A stretch of 64,000 nt of DNA from positions 102,796,001-102,860,000 of the forward strand of contig NC_086105.1 of assembly GCF_963921235.1 (NCBI RefSeq), given 5' to 3'. Below are positions 24,271 to 36,879 of this stretch, one piece after another. The notes under the pieces were generated by a model. It was given only the letters and a program-made list of their open reading frames with translations. It searched no databases and was not told where the DNA came from. A program made the translations under genes and the position numbers. This DNA is from Mobula hypostoma (Eukaryota). Position 1 is the first letter of the stretch; the number at the start of each line of letters is the position of its first letter.

Positions 24271-25200
24271 CATCTGAATCAGAATCAGGTTTAATATCGC
24301 TGACATATGTCGTGAAATTTGTTGTTTTGTGGCAGTAATACATTGCAATACATAATAATAACAAAAAATATAATTAAAAGAGGCATACATAAAACATAAA
24401 TCAAGTTATTAGTGAAAAAATAAGGAAAGATTGTGAGGTACTGTTCATGTTTGTGAGTCATTGTCCATTCAGAAATCAGAAGGGGCGGTGGAGAAGAAGT
24501 TGTTCCTGAAAATTTGAGTGTTTGTCTTCAGGCTCCTGTACCTTCTCCTTGATGGCAGCAAAGAGAAGAGGGCATGTCCTGGATAATGGAGGTATATATT
24601 ATGAGACAGTATAAATATGATTAACTAAAATGGCTTCCTATTTCCTCCTGGAAGTATTTATGATAAAAAAAAGGTAGATATGAGGAACATGTTTTTGAGC
24701 TTGCCTGCAGGAAATACAGAGAAAGTCAATGGTTGATATCAGTTTTTATGGAATCCTGATATACGACCAGCCCTGGTTGTACTTGGTCCACTTGGATCCA
24801 AATATTGTATAAGCCTCTCACTTTAGCCCAGTCCTTATCATCAGCCAGAATGTCCCCCAAACCCCACTTTCCAGATTATTGCCCCACCATCTTTGCCATC
24901 TCTGTGAAGAGTTACCAAATGGTTTGCAGGTTTGTGAGGTTTGATTATAATACAGGTAATATTTTGCAGTACTAATTTAATCTTTATATATACTTCTTAT
25001 AGTAATTTATAGTACATTTTATGTATTGCACAGTACTGCTGCTACGTAACAACAAATTTCACGACATATGCAGTGATAATAAACCTAATTCTGATTCTGA
25101 TTCTGAAATTCTAAAGCCCTAATGCACTACAAATGGGAGAAGTGGCTGATATTTGCTGCCCCTGAACAGAATGAGTTGGAAGAAAAATATTAGGGGCGAC

Positions 25201-26214
25201 TATAAAAGCGAAAATCAAAGTGATGAACTTAAACCTCTGAGGCTGCGGCCCTACTTGCTGTGAATCTCAGACAGAAACTCATGGGAAAACATTACTCTTT
25301 GAGTGTATTGTACCTGTTCTGACTGTGATCCAAGTCACCGGAGAGGCACTCAAGCTGATGATATCAAAATCTTTACTCTGCCCAATAAACAGCATTCTCC
25401 TGGAGAAACACACACAAAATTCTGGAGGAGCTCAACAGGTCAGGCTGCATCTCTTGAAAATAATAAACAGTCAACGTTTTGGGTCCAGAATATTCAGCAC
25501 AAACATGAAGCAAGTAAATGGCCATTATTGATCAGCAATCTGCAGAGGCAGCTGATGATGATGCTGCCCATCGTGATTCACTTTCTTCTCCTCTGCAAAT
25601 GAGAGGAAAATGTGCTTGTGAACATACTAGCTGGGTAATTTGTTAACATCTTGGTGGGTATATACAAAAAGCTGTGAAATATGGGGTCAGAACTAGGGTC
25701 AGAGTAAAAATAAAGTAAGGGTATCGTGATGCAAAAGTTAAATAAGAAACATTATAGGTAGAGATTACTGGCTAAGTGTAATTGTAGAAGCATAACATAG
25801 AGCAGTGTGCAAGGGATGAAGTGACTGGAAAATGACTTAAAACACTTTCTTAGTACTAATCCGACTACCTGTAATCTGGTTCCTTCGATAATCGGGCACT
25901 GATTATGCTTAATGTGATCCTTCTGTCATTCAGCATTTTTACTAATCTGGCACTCCTCAGGTCCCAATGGTACCGGATTAGTGAAGGTCGACCTGTATTG
26001 CCCTTATGTCTTTGGTATTGATTTTGATTTAAAATTTATCCTACCAGTGCTTCACAACGAACTCTACAATTTTCAAATACATCTCCTCTTCTCCACACCA
26101 TCCATTATTATCTCCAGAACTGCCCGTTGTGATACACCATGACCCCACCAACCTTCCTACAAGTTTGAAATGACAGCTGATAATGATGAGAGGCCATGAC
26201 CACTTCCCCGATAA
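25201..26214 (+). pseudogene. Putative ancient, decayed alpha-like globin pseudogene (copy 1), opposite orientation to the intact genes
   Basis: In order: TATAAAA 25201; ATG 25281 (globin-like spacing); exon-1-like QVTGEALK (25331-25354); exon-2-like FSTNMKQVNGH (25493-25525), AEAADDDAAHRDSLSSPL (25542-25595), EENVLVN, then VNIL|GT (to 25653); exon-3-like LL(x15)TP*PHQPSYKF...R* (26083-26214). Many stops and frameshifts. Aligned by eye only. Confidence 0.5.
25854..25997. mobile_element. Tigger/pogo-like MITE in the putative pseudogene intron 2; paralogue 61064-61216
   Basis: TIR TACARGTCGACCTTCACTAATCCG / CGGATTAGTGAAGGTCGACCTGTA reconstructed from the two copies; TA at both ends. Confidence 0.65.
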
Positions 26215-26696
26215 GATGAATCATCATGAACTTAATCTAAACCTCTGATGCCCAACCAGTGGTAGTGTACCCTGTGAGTGTACTTCAATGACACAGACAG
26301 CACAGATATTGACTAGACACTTCCATCACAATAATGAGGTAGGTCTCAGGAGATTACAGATGCTAGAATCTGCAGGCAAAGAACTGAGCTGGTGGTGGAA
26401 CTCAGTGTGTCAAGCAGTGTTTGAAGAAGGAAACGGATAGTAAGCATTTCTATCAAGACCATTATAAAGAAGTTTTTAGCCTAGTGTCTTGGTCTCGGAA
26501 ATGTTTGGTTTATGAGATGCAGGATATCAGCTCCATCAGTGGATTAAGATAAAGATCAGATGTGTAAGTGTAACAGTGGAGTAAAGGGAATTCCAGAGAC
26601 ATGAGAGAGGAGCTGGCCAAAGTAGATTGCAAGGGGACACTAGCAGGGATGATGGCTGGAGATTCTGTGGGCAATTTAGAAGGCACAGGACAGATA

Positions 26697-29066
26697 TCAA
26701 TATATAGAGGGACCGACTAGAGGGGATGCAATATTGCATCTCCTGTTAGGAAACGAGTTAGGGCAAGTGATAGAAGTCTGTGTAGGGGAGCACTTTGGTT
26801 CCAGTGATCATAACACCATTAGTTTCAACTTGATCATGGACAAGGATAGATCTGGTCCTAGGGTTGAGGTTCTGAACTGGAAGAAGGCCAAATTTGAAGA
26901 AATGAGAAAGGATCTAAAAAGCGTGGATTGGGACAGGTTGATCTCTGGCATGGATGTGATCGGTAGGTGGGAAGCCTTCAAAGCAGAAATTTTGAGAGTG
27001 CAGAATTTGTATGTTCCTGTCAGGATTAAAGGCGGGGTGAATAGGAATAAGGAACCTTGGTTCTCAAGGGATATTGCAACTCCGATAAAGAAGAAGAGGG
27101 AGTTGTATGACGTGTATAGAAAGCAGGGAGTAAATAAGGTGCTTGAGGAGTATAAGAAGTGCAAGAAAATACTTAAGAAAGAAATCAGGAGGGCTAAAAG
27201 AAGACATGAGGTTGCCTTGGCAGTCAAAGTGAAGAATAATCCAAAGAGCTTTTACAGGTATATTAAGAACTAAAGGATTGTAAGGGATAAAATTGGTCCT
27301 CTTGAAGATCAGAGTGGTCGGCTATGTGCGGAACCAAATGAAATGGGGAAGATCTTAAATAGGTTTTTTGCATCTGTATTTACTAAGGAAACTGGCATGA
27401 AGTCTATGGAGTTAAGGGAAACAAGTAGTGAGATCATGGAAACTGTACAGATTGAAAAGGAGGAGGTCCTTGCTGCCTTGAGGAAAGTTAAAGTGGATAA
27501 ATCCCCAGGACCTGACAGGGTGTTCCCTCGGACCTTGAAGGAGACTAGTGTTGAAATTGCAGGAGCCCTGGCAGAAATATTTAAAATGTCGCTGTCTACA
27601 GGTGAGGTGCCGGAGGATTGGAGAGTGGCTCATGTTGTTCCGTTGTTTAAAAAAGGATCGAAAAGTAATCCGGGAAATTATAGTCCAGTAAGTTTAACGT
27701 CGGTAGTAGGTAAGTTATTGGAGGGAGTACTAAGAGACAGAATCTACAAGCATTTGGATAGACAGGAACTTATTGGGGAGAGTCAACATGGCTTTGTGCG
27801 TGGTAGGTCATGTTTGACCAATCTATTGGGGCTTTTCGAGGAGGTTACCAGGAAAGTGGATGAAATGAAGGCAGTGGATATTGTCTACATGGACTTCAGT
27901 AAGGCCTTTGATAAGGTCCCGCATGGGAGGTTAGTTAGGAAAATTCAGTCGTTAGGTATACATGGAGAGGTGGTAAATTGGATTAGACATTGGCTCGATG
28001 GAAGAAGCCAGAGAGTGGTGGTAGGGAATTGCTTCTCTGAGTGGAGGCCTGTGACTAGTGGTGTGCCACAGGGATCAGTGCTGGGTCCATTGTTATTTGT
28101 CATCTATATCAATGATCTGGATGATAATGTGGTAAATTGGATCAGCAAGCTTGCTGATGATACAAGGATTGGAGGTGTAGTAGACAGTGAGGAAGGTTCT
28201 CAGAGCCTGCAGAGGGACTTGGACCAGCTGGAAAAATGGGCTAAAAAATGGCAGATGGAGTTTAATACTGACAAGTGTGAGGTATTGCACGTTGGAAGGA
28301 CAAACCAACGTAGAACATACAGGGTTAATGGTAAGGCACTGAGGAGTTCAGTGGAACAGAGGGATCTGGGAATACAGATACAAAATTCCCTAAAAGTGGC
28401 GTCACAGGTAGATAGGGTCGTAAAGAGAGCTTTTGGTACATTGGCCTTTATTAATCGTAGTATTGAGTATAAGAGCTGGAATGTTATGATGAGGTTGTAT
28501 AAGGCATTGGTGAGGCCGAATCTGGAGTATTGTGTTCAGTTTTGGTCACCAAATTACAGGAAGGATATAAATAAGGTTGAAAGAGTGCAGAGAAGGTTTA
28601 CAAGGATGTTGCCTGGACTTGAGAAACTCAGTTACAGAGAAGGTTGAATAGGTTGGGACTTTATTCCCTGGAGCGTAGAAGAATGAGGGGAGATTTGATA
28701 GATGTATATAAAATTATGATGGGTATAGATAGAGTGAATGCAAGCAGGCTTTTTCCATTGAGGCAAGGGGAGAAAAAAAACAGAGGACATGGGTTAAAGG
28801 TGAGGGGGGGGAAGTTTAAAGGGAACATTAGGGGGGGGGCTTCTTCACACAGAGAGTGGTGGGAGTATGAAATGAGCTGCCAGACGAGGTGATAAATGCG
28901 GGTTCTTTTTTAACATTTAAGAATGAATTGGACAGATACATGGATGGGAGGTGTATGGAGGAATATGGTCCGTGTGCAGTTCAGTGGGACTAGGCAGAAA
29001 ATGGTTTGGCACAGCCAAGAAGGGCCAGGGGGCCTGTTTCTGTGCTGTAGTTTCTATGGTTTCTAT
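26697..29066 (+). mobile_element. CR1 LINE, 5'-truncated ORF2, copy A only
   Basis: ORFs 26734-27273, 27343-28647 and 28644-28892; tail tttctatggtttctat; empty site at about 61910 (cagatacatccc). Same family as 42880-46367. Confidence 0.93.
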
Positions 29067-29706
29067 ATATCCCAAATATGCAGAGTATTCTAAAAGGAGG
29101 ATGAGGCAGCCACGTTCAACAAGAGAAGTCAAAGTCCAAATGAAAGGAATAGAGAGAGCACATAATATAGCAAGTTGTATTAAGTTGGAGAAATGGGAAA
29201 CTTAAAAACCAACAGAAGGCAAGTGAAAAAAACATAAATAGTGAAAAAATGAAATATGAAGGTAAGTAGTCACTAATATAACAGAGGATACCACAGATTT
29301 TTCAGATATATAAGAAGTAAAAGAGAGTGGATATTGGACTGCTGGAAAAGGATGCTGGGGAGTTTGTAATTGGGGCTAAGAAATAGCCGAAGAACTTAAT
29401 AAGAATTTAATGTCAGTCTTAACTGTGGATTGAAACTAGTGAAAAAGAATCTCGGGGTTGTATGTGGTGGCATGTATGTACTCTGATAATAAATTTTACT
29501 TTGAACTTTGAACTTTTTCATTGTATGCCAGAAATATGAGTGCTGAGGGAAAAAGTGAGTGTATTTGCTATTACTAAGGAGAAGGTGCTTGGGAATCTGA
29601 AATATCTGAAGGTAGATATGCCACCTGGACCAGATGAACTTCCCCCAGTTTTGTAAGAGGTAGATGAAGAGATTGTGGAGGCATTAGTAATTATCTTTCA
29701 AAATTC

Positions 29707-30178
29707 TGTCAGTTCCTCGAGTTGAACTCTGCTTTTTGTGTGTTTCCCCCGAGCTGTCAGCCTATGCTTTTGTATTGCCATGTGCTCCTGCTCTACTCCG
29801 GCCCCTGTATTACTGAGTACTTCGTGTCTCATCTGCTTCTCATTATTACCTGTATTGCTGCCACCTGTGTCTCATTGTGCTCCACCTGTCATCTGCCTCT
29901 CTGTTTATTGCTCAGTGTATTCACTCCTGTGTTTTCACCTGTTCGGTGTGAGATTGTGCCAGTGAATTTTCCTGAGCCTTTCCAGCATTCGCATCTGTGC
30001 GTCTGAATATTGACTCTGCCTGTTTCCAATTCCGGTTTTTGGATTTCTCTGGATGTTTTGATCTCTGCCTGAACTTTGATGCTGACTTTGTTTGCACCTT
30101 GGGATTTGTTACTCAATTAATATCACTGTGTGCACAGTATTTGGTCTGTGATTAGATCCCTGCTCCAGTGCCCTGACA
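29707..30178 (+). mobile_element. Probable old solo LTR inside a degraded CR1; paralogue about 62546-63019
   Basis: TGTCAG...CTGACA termini interrupting CR1-like sequence; the TSD is degenerate. Confidence 0.5.
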
Positions 30179-30179
30179 G

Positions 30180-30900
30180 ATTTACTATATTCTGGAATTG
30201 TTCTAAAGAATTCGAAATGCAAATTTCACTCCACTCTTTAAGAAGGGAAGCAGAAGAAAGGAAATTATAGTCCAGTTAATCTGACCTCAGTAATTGGAAA
30301 GATGTTGGAGTACATTAATAAGGTTAAGGTCCCAAGGTACTTGAAGGTGAATGATAAAATTCACCAAAGTCATCATGGTTTTCTTAAGGTGAAATCTTGC
30401 CAGACAAATCTGTTGGAACACTTGGTGGAAATAATTGGCAAGATGGATAAAGGACAGTCAGTAGATGTTGTTTATTTGGTTTTTCAGAAGGCCTTTGACA
30501 AAGTGCCACACATGAGGCTGCTTGACAATATAACAGCCCATATAATTACAAGAAAGATATTAGCATGGATAGAAGATTGGTTTGCTGACTGACAGGTTGC
30601 TAAGGTGGGGGGGGCGGTATAAGGGGGGCCTCTTTTGATTAGCTGCCGGTTACTCGTGGTGTTCCATAGGGAGCATGTTGGGACCACTTCAGTGACTTGG
30701 ATGTTGGGTGGACGGCATGTAGTGCTGAACAAGCAGGGAGTCTGTAAAAGGAATTAGACAGTTTGGGAGATGGGTAAAGAAGTGGCAGATGGAACACAGT
30801 GCAGGGAAGTGAATGGCCGTGCACTTTGGTAGACAGTATACAGGCAAAGACTATTTTCTAAATGGTTAGAAACTTCAGATATCAGAGGTGCATGCAGACG
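30180..30900 (+). mobile_element. Degraded CR1 RT fragment; paralogue about 63020-63700
   Basis: ORF 30302-30592 SHHGFLKVKSCQTNLLE...VDVVYLVFQKAFDKVPH. Confidence 0.8.
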
Positions 30901-32912
30901 TAATAGTGCAAGGGAAGATAATAAAAGGATGCACAATGGTGTTGCAGTTTCAAAAAAAAGTTCACTACTGATGGACAATAAGGTGCAACTCTATAATGAT
31001 GTAGGTTGTTAGATTGACAATCGATTGTGTCATACAAGTGGGCTATTTCAGAGTTCCAAGTTTTAAGTTTGAAGTTAAAAGTAAATTTATTAACAGAGTA
31101 CGTAAATGTCATTATGTAAAACCCTGATTCATTTTCTTTTGGGCATACTTGGTAAATCCAAAAACCATAATAGAATCAATGAAAGATGCAACCAATGTGC
31201 AAAAGATAACAAACTGTGCATGTACAAAAATGAAAAAAAACAAACAAGTAAGCAATAAGTATTGTGAGCCTGAGATGAAGAATCCATAGGTTGTGGGTAC
31301 TTTTTAGTGATGGGGCGAGTGAAGTTGAATGAAGTTAACTCCACAGGTTGAAGAGCATGTAGGTTGAGAGGTAGAAGTGTTCCTGAATATGGTGATGGGG
31401 GTCCTGAGGCTTCTGTGCCTCCTTCCAGATGGTAGCAGTGGGAAGAGAACATGACCTGGGTGATAGGGGTCCCTGATGATGGTTAATGCTTTTGTATGAC
31501 TACGCACTGTGCTGATGTGTGGAATGGAGGGGACAGCTTTACCAGTAATGATCTGAGCCATATCCACTACTTTTATATCCTTTTATGGTCTTGTAGCAAA
31601 TGCAATTAAAGCTATCCTTGAGCCTAATGGTACCAGCTTTCAGGCTTTTTGTGTCTCCTGCCTGATGGGAGGGGGAGATAAGAGAGAATGTTTTGGCAAA
31701 GGCAATTGAAGTCTTTTTTTTTAACATTTAGTGTAAACCCTCACTTCTCATTCAATGTCTAAACACCTAATTCTAGCAAGTCTTGTTACAGTTGGTACAT
31801 TTATTTAGAAAGTGTAAGTGTTCAACTCCAGGTCCCACAAAATACATCCCATCCATCCCTTATATTCAGCTCTAAGATCCAGCAATAGAAGGGATGTAAT
31901 TGTGGTTCTTTCTCCATGGGTCACCATTTCCTGATTTACTCACAATTCTGAGACAGTGCAAGATCTTTTGCTGGCTACTGTCTGATTTACATCATGCTCA
32001 CAGGCAGTGTGTCCAGATGAATATTGGTCAGTACTTGCCCTCTGTTCCTACAACTGCAGTCATTCCTGGCACCAGAGAATAAACAAGTGCTTCCATTTCA
32101 TGGTATCTCCTGTCTCAGAAAACAATTTTAAAAAGCTTAACTTTATTTGTCAATAGGGCTCTGTTTACTTTCAACATAAGTCATGTTTTCAGCAGTGAAA
32201 TGTGACAGTGCCTCACAGTCATCTGTCCATGTTGGTCTGAGTGTGAAAGACCACAACCAAAGCTATTGTGGACATTTTCCTTGTTTTAAAGTACACCGTT
32301 GTTGGATTTTCATTCTCTCCACCTTTAGTTTTACACTGAAAAATTGTGTTACTTTATCAATTCTGTATGCTACAATACATTTTTTTTAGCAAAAGTGTGG
32401 GTGTTAGCCCGGTCGTCAAATTTCTTTTATAAAATGGCCCACTGAATGATAATTAGTTCATTACTCATGTAGGCAATCCTTATACAATGAATCAAAACTA
32501 CGTGCTATTGTTGTACAACATTTGTCTAATATGGGATGGTGGTGGGAGAATCGGGGAGGCATTAATGGATTGTGCGGAAGGATGGATACAGAAAATCTCA
32601 GAGCTTTCGAATTTCTTTGAAGACTAGTGGTTTGTCAATAGATTGAATGGCATCATCTTGTTATGAAATGTGAGAAATATGTGGGAAATTGACTGCTACC
32701 TTTCCCCATAGTACAGCATTAGTTTATTTCTAAAGTACTTCAGCAGATGAAAAATGCTTTGACCTGTCCTGGGACAGTGAAAGGTCCTACAGCACAATGT
32801 CTGCTTTTTAACAACAAACCATTGTTCATCTCAACATTGACCAAGTCAAAATTCTTTTAATTTTCATTCTCTAGAGATGAAGAATTTACCTTTGTGAGAG
32901 AATTATTCTTTC

Positions 32913-32918
32913 TTTATT
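32913..32918 (-). terminator. polyA signal of beta globin
   Basis: AATAAA on the minus strand about 200 bp downstream of the stop codon. Confidence 0.6.
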
Positions 32919-33118
32919 GAAGAAAAGGGAATGCTTGCAGACATTTTCCAAACATTGAGGAAAATGACAATACAAAGAGGAGTATTGTGCCACCTTTACA
33001 TTAGCATGACTTGAACCTGATGCTACACAGGTCCTTTAAGCAAAAAACACATTGTATATGCTGATAATACATGTTTGCATTGCATTTCTGAAGGTGGTGG
33101 AGGATGCAGGTTATAGAT

Positions 33119-34357
33119 TTAGTGGTAGTTGCTGGAGAGAGCTTCTGTCACCAGTTTAAAAAACTTGTAGGCAGCTTCATGTTCCTCTGGTCCGAATCCT
33201 TTTTTATCACGAAGAGCGAGTTCAACAATGAAGGCCTGGCTGAGAAGCTGTGAAGAAAAACAATAATTATACAACACTGAAACAAAATTGGAAAGCAAAG
33301 CTCAAACCTCCAATGACTTCTTACCGAATAGCCCAGAAGTCCATGGTGTCCTCTGGGTCGATGTCAGTACTCAGTGGTGCAAACATATAAGTCTTTTCCC
33401 ATATCCTTGCCTCATGTGCCCATCAAAGCCCTTTTGATTCTTTTTGACAAACAGTAACTAATTAACCTGAAGGACAGCAAACTGGAGCAAACTCTCTACA
33501 GACAATACACAATGTGAGGATAATTTCAGCGTCCTTGGAGCAGTGAAGTCAAAAACAATTCTGCATCTGTTAGATGTTGAATAAAGGGAAATCAAAATCA
33601 ACTTCTCTGGAAAATTTCAAAAGGTCTGCATTTTGCACAGTGAGCAGATGTGCTCTTTTTGCCTGCAGTTTAGTCCATGATGCTTGGTTGTCATGTTTGT
33701 TATAACTCTGTAATTGAGAAATATCTATAGCACCCCATTTATGAAAATTTGCACATCCTAGAAAGATTGGTGTTTACCTTGAAATTTTGAGTGTCCACTC
33801 CGATTGTTTGATGTTTACTGCTAAGATCATAGAAATTGGTTTCAATATTCTTCAAATCTTCAATTGCAGTGTTCAGAGCCTTCAGCACTTTGTCTGCATG
33901 AGCCTGAACACCAGGGTCACCGGCTGCAAAACGACCATTGAAATTCTTAAACAGTCTGGTCGTCCAGGGATAGACCGCGAATACCCTAGAAAGGAAAAAA
34001 AACAAATTGTCCAGTTTCTGTTGTGATAACTTGGAATTAATTAATTGCTCAAAGTTCATGATTTAGGACCTTTTTATCAAATAAAGAGTTGATTTTCTTG
34101 TGGGTTTAACTAGAACCTCAGTGCAGTGTTGAATACTAATTCCCTCACCCAATGACAACATCTAGGCAAGCATAGAAAATTAAAGAGCCTTCACCAGAAC
34201 CATAGTTGAAAATACAGTGCATGATTTAAACATAAAACAGAAAATACATTTTCAACATACAGTACCTTGCCAAGGCTTGGGCAGTTATTGTTTTCTTATC
34301 CAAATGGTCCCATTTGTTCGTGATGTATTGTTCCTGAGCCTTTGTTAATTTCACCAT
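33119..34357 (-). CDS. hbb: Haemoglobin beta chain; 3 exons: 34266-34357, 33778-33985, 33119-33247; 142 aa
   Basis: Spliced translation: [31 protein letters not shown]|[69 protein letters not shown]|[42 protein letters not shown]. Beta motifs VYPWT and C-terminal YH; GT..AG introns; both haem His residues present. Confidence 0.97.
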
Positions 34358-34427
34358 TTTGGCTGTTAAGCTCTCACTGTCACTGCTCACGCAAGAAAGC
34401 TGTGTTGACCTGGAGTTTTGACTTCAC

Positions 34428-34434
34428 TTTTATA
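34428..34434 (-). promoter_or_regulatory. Beta-globin TATA box
   Basis: TATAAAA on the minus strand, 71 bp upstream of the ATG at 34357. Confidence 0.8.
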
Positions 34435-36879
34435 GGCTCTGAAATGGCTCATCTCAGGCTAAATCGTTACTGTAACAGGCTGATTACTTGATGGGTTGGG
34501 CACACTTTCCAAACGTGGGCTGCAACCCTTCTGTGTTTGTGTGTTAACACTTGCTGAACAATTGCTTGTCTGAGCCTCACTTCTGCCCATCCAACACGAA
34601 GAATAATTCTCCAGTTTTGTAGAATATTAATTCAATACATTCATTTTCAAACTGTAGAACTCTCTCCTTGTTAATTGAAGTTCAGCTATTACACTTTTTC
34701 ATTAAATAATACTATTTTTCAAAAATTAATACATTTCTGACGTTGTAATCAAATCCATGACTATTATAATATAGCTTCATTAATGTTCTCATCTGTAAAG
34801 ATATGGGACTGTAGCTATGGAAAACTGATGATAAACTTACATCAGTAAATTGAGACAAGATTATTTTGAAATACTGAGCTACAGCAATAATGTGCATTTC
34901 ATGGTCCTGGGGTCTTTCTGACTGATGACTCAGCTATCAACTTTCACTGGGTAACTAATAGTAATTTGCATTGTCTGTGGGTAGTATTATGAATTTGGTA
35001 AATGGACACATATGGACAAAGCTCTATTTCTGTTTTGTGTGTCCATTGGTCCATTGAATAGAGAACCAGCCATGAGCATTCACAAATTACTGTAGGTGAA
35101 GTGTAAACATGAAAAGACCAATGAGGGAAAATGTGGGTTCACTATGAACAAAGATCGGAGACTTTATAATAGGAAATAATAAAATGACAGAGGAACTAAA
35201 CCAATGTCTCCTGTCTGCTTAAGTATTAGATTTTCAATAGGCTTTCAATAAGGTTGTGTTCAGAAGATAAACAAGGACAGTTCACATAGAATTTGGGGGT
35301 CACTGTGTCCATTGAGAGTTGTTTAACAAATGGAAAACAGAGTAGAGAAACAGACCCCTCATGGATAGTCAGGCTGCAGCTAATGGGGTCCATCAGGGAT
35401 CAGTGCTTGGACCCCAACATTTACTACGTCTGTTAACAGTTTATCTGAGAAGACCTGCTGTAACGTTTCCAGATTTGCTGATGATAGAGAACTAATTGGG
35501 AATTTTCTGTTCAGACAGAACTAGAGTATGATATTCATTTCTGGTCACTCATCATTGGAAGGATGTGGAGGCCATGGGGAGGGTTCAGAAGAGGTTTATC
35601 AGTGTGCTGGCTGGATTGGAGGGAATGTGGTATAAGGACAGTGGACAGATGAGAGTTGTTTTCACAGGAGTGGAAGAGGGGTAACCTGACAGAACTTTAT
35701 AAAGTTATGAGAGGTTTCGATAGACTAGATAGCCAGTGTCTTATTGCCCAGGGTTCAAATGTCTACTACTGGAGGGCTGCATTTATCGTAAGACGGGGAA
35801 GTTCAATAGGTTTTTTTTAACGGAGCAGTGAGTGTTGTTGCTGTGTTACCATCAGTGGTAGAAGAGGTAGATATGATAGGAGTGTTGAAGAGGCTCCCTG
35901 AAAGACACATAAAGTGTACAGGGAACGAGGGATATGGATCACATGCAGGCAGAATGGATTAGATGTTGCTAGCTTAATTAGTTTGGCTGAAGGGCCTTTT
36001 CCTGTCCTGTATTGTTCTAGGTTCCAAAACCTTGGTGAAATAACAGAAACGTTATTGTACAAAATTTTGATCTTTGCTTTCTAAAAAAGACATACTAGAT
36101 CTTAAGGTGAGTGCAAAGTTTCAAAGGACGGGTCAGAATATCAGATGTGGACGAAAAGCGCAGGTATTGATATAGCCACAAGTACAGCCTGAGCTGTTGA
36201 GTAATTCCAGCATTCTGTTTATGAGGTTTCCAGCATTTGCAAGTGGTTTTGATTGTCAGATGTGAGGGTGCTTACCAGTGATAGCACAATGTTCAAATAC
36301 ATTTTCTACTCAGTAAATGAAGTAGCCCATGCCTTGATACAACAATCCTCATAAAACATTCTACTGTAATTAGCCAGTAATATTCACATCAGGAAAGTAC
36401 CAGGTAACAACAATCTCCAACAAGATGTCATGCAGACATTGGTCCTTGAGTTCAAGAGCATTCTTATTATTGAGTCCCACCATCAACATCCTGGGCATCT
36501 CCACTGACCAGGTTCCAAATTTGATCAGATACAGAACTACTCTGGATGCGTGAACGGGGCAGACACTGGCTATGCAATACTAATACCATGGTAAAAACTT
36601 TCCGACTTTCACCAAAGGTACAATTCTGCGTATGATAGAATACACCCCACTTGTCTGAATGAGGACGGCCCCATCAGCACAGAAGAAGCTGCTCACCACC
36701 ATCCACACTTACACACCAGCTTGCCTGAATGTTCCTCCATCAGCCATCCATGCACCCTGTCCTCTCCAGCCACTGCAGCAGTCGTTGCACAAAGCTGCCC
36801 ACAACCCCAGCTTCAGCTGCTCTGCTTCTGTATTGTCCCTTTAAGAGACAAAACACAATGGATCTATTGCTAAATTGAT

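Larger units (their letters stand above)
1..31184 (+). repeat. Segmental tandem duplication, copy A (unit period about 39.9 kb)
   Basis: Position 1 (aaacatgatacattgagtgg) recurs at 39928 and the window end (64000) matches 31184. The copies are collinear throughout apart from copy-specific insertions and deletions. Confidence 0.97.
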
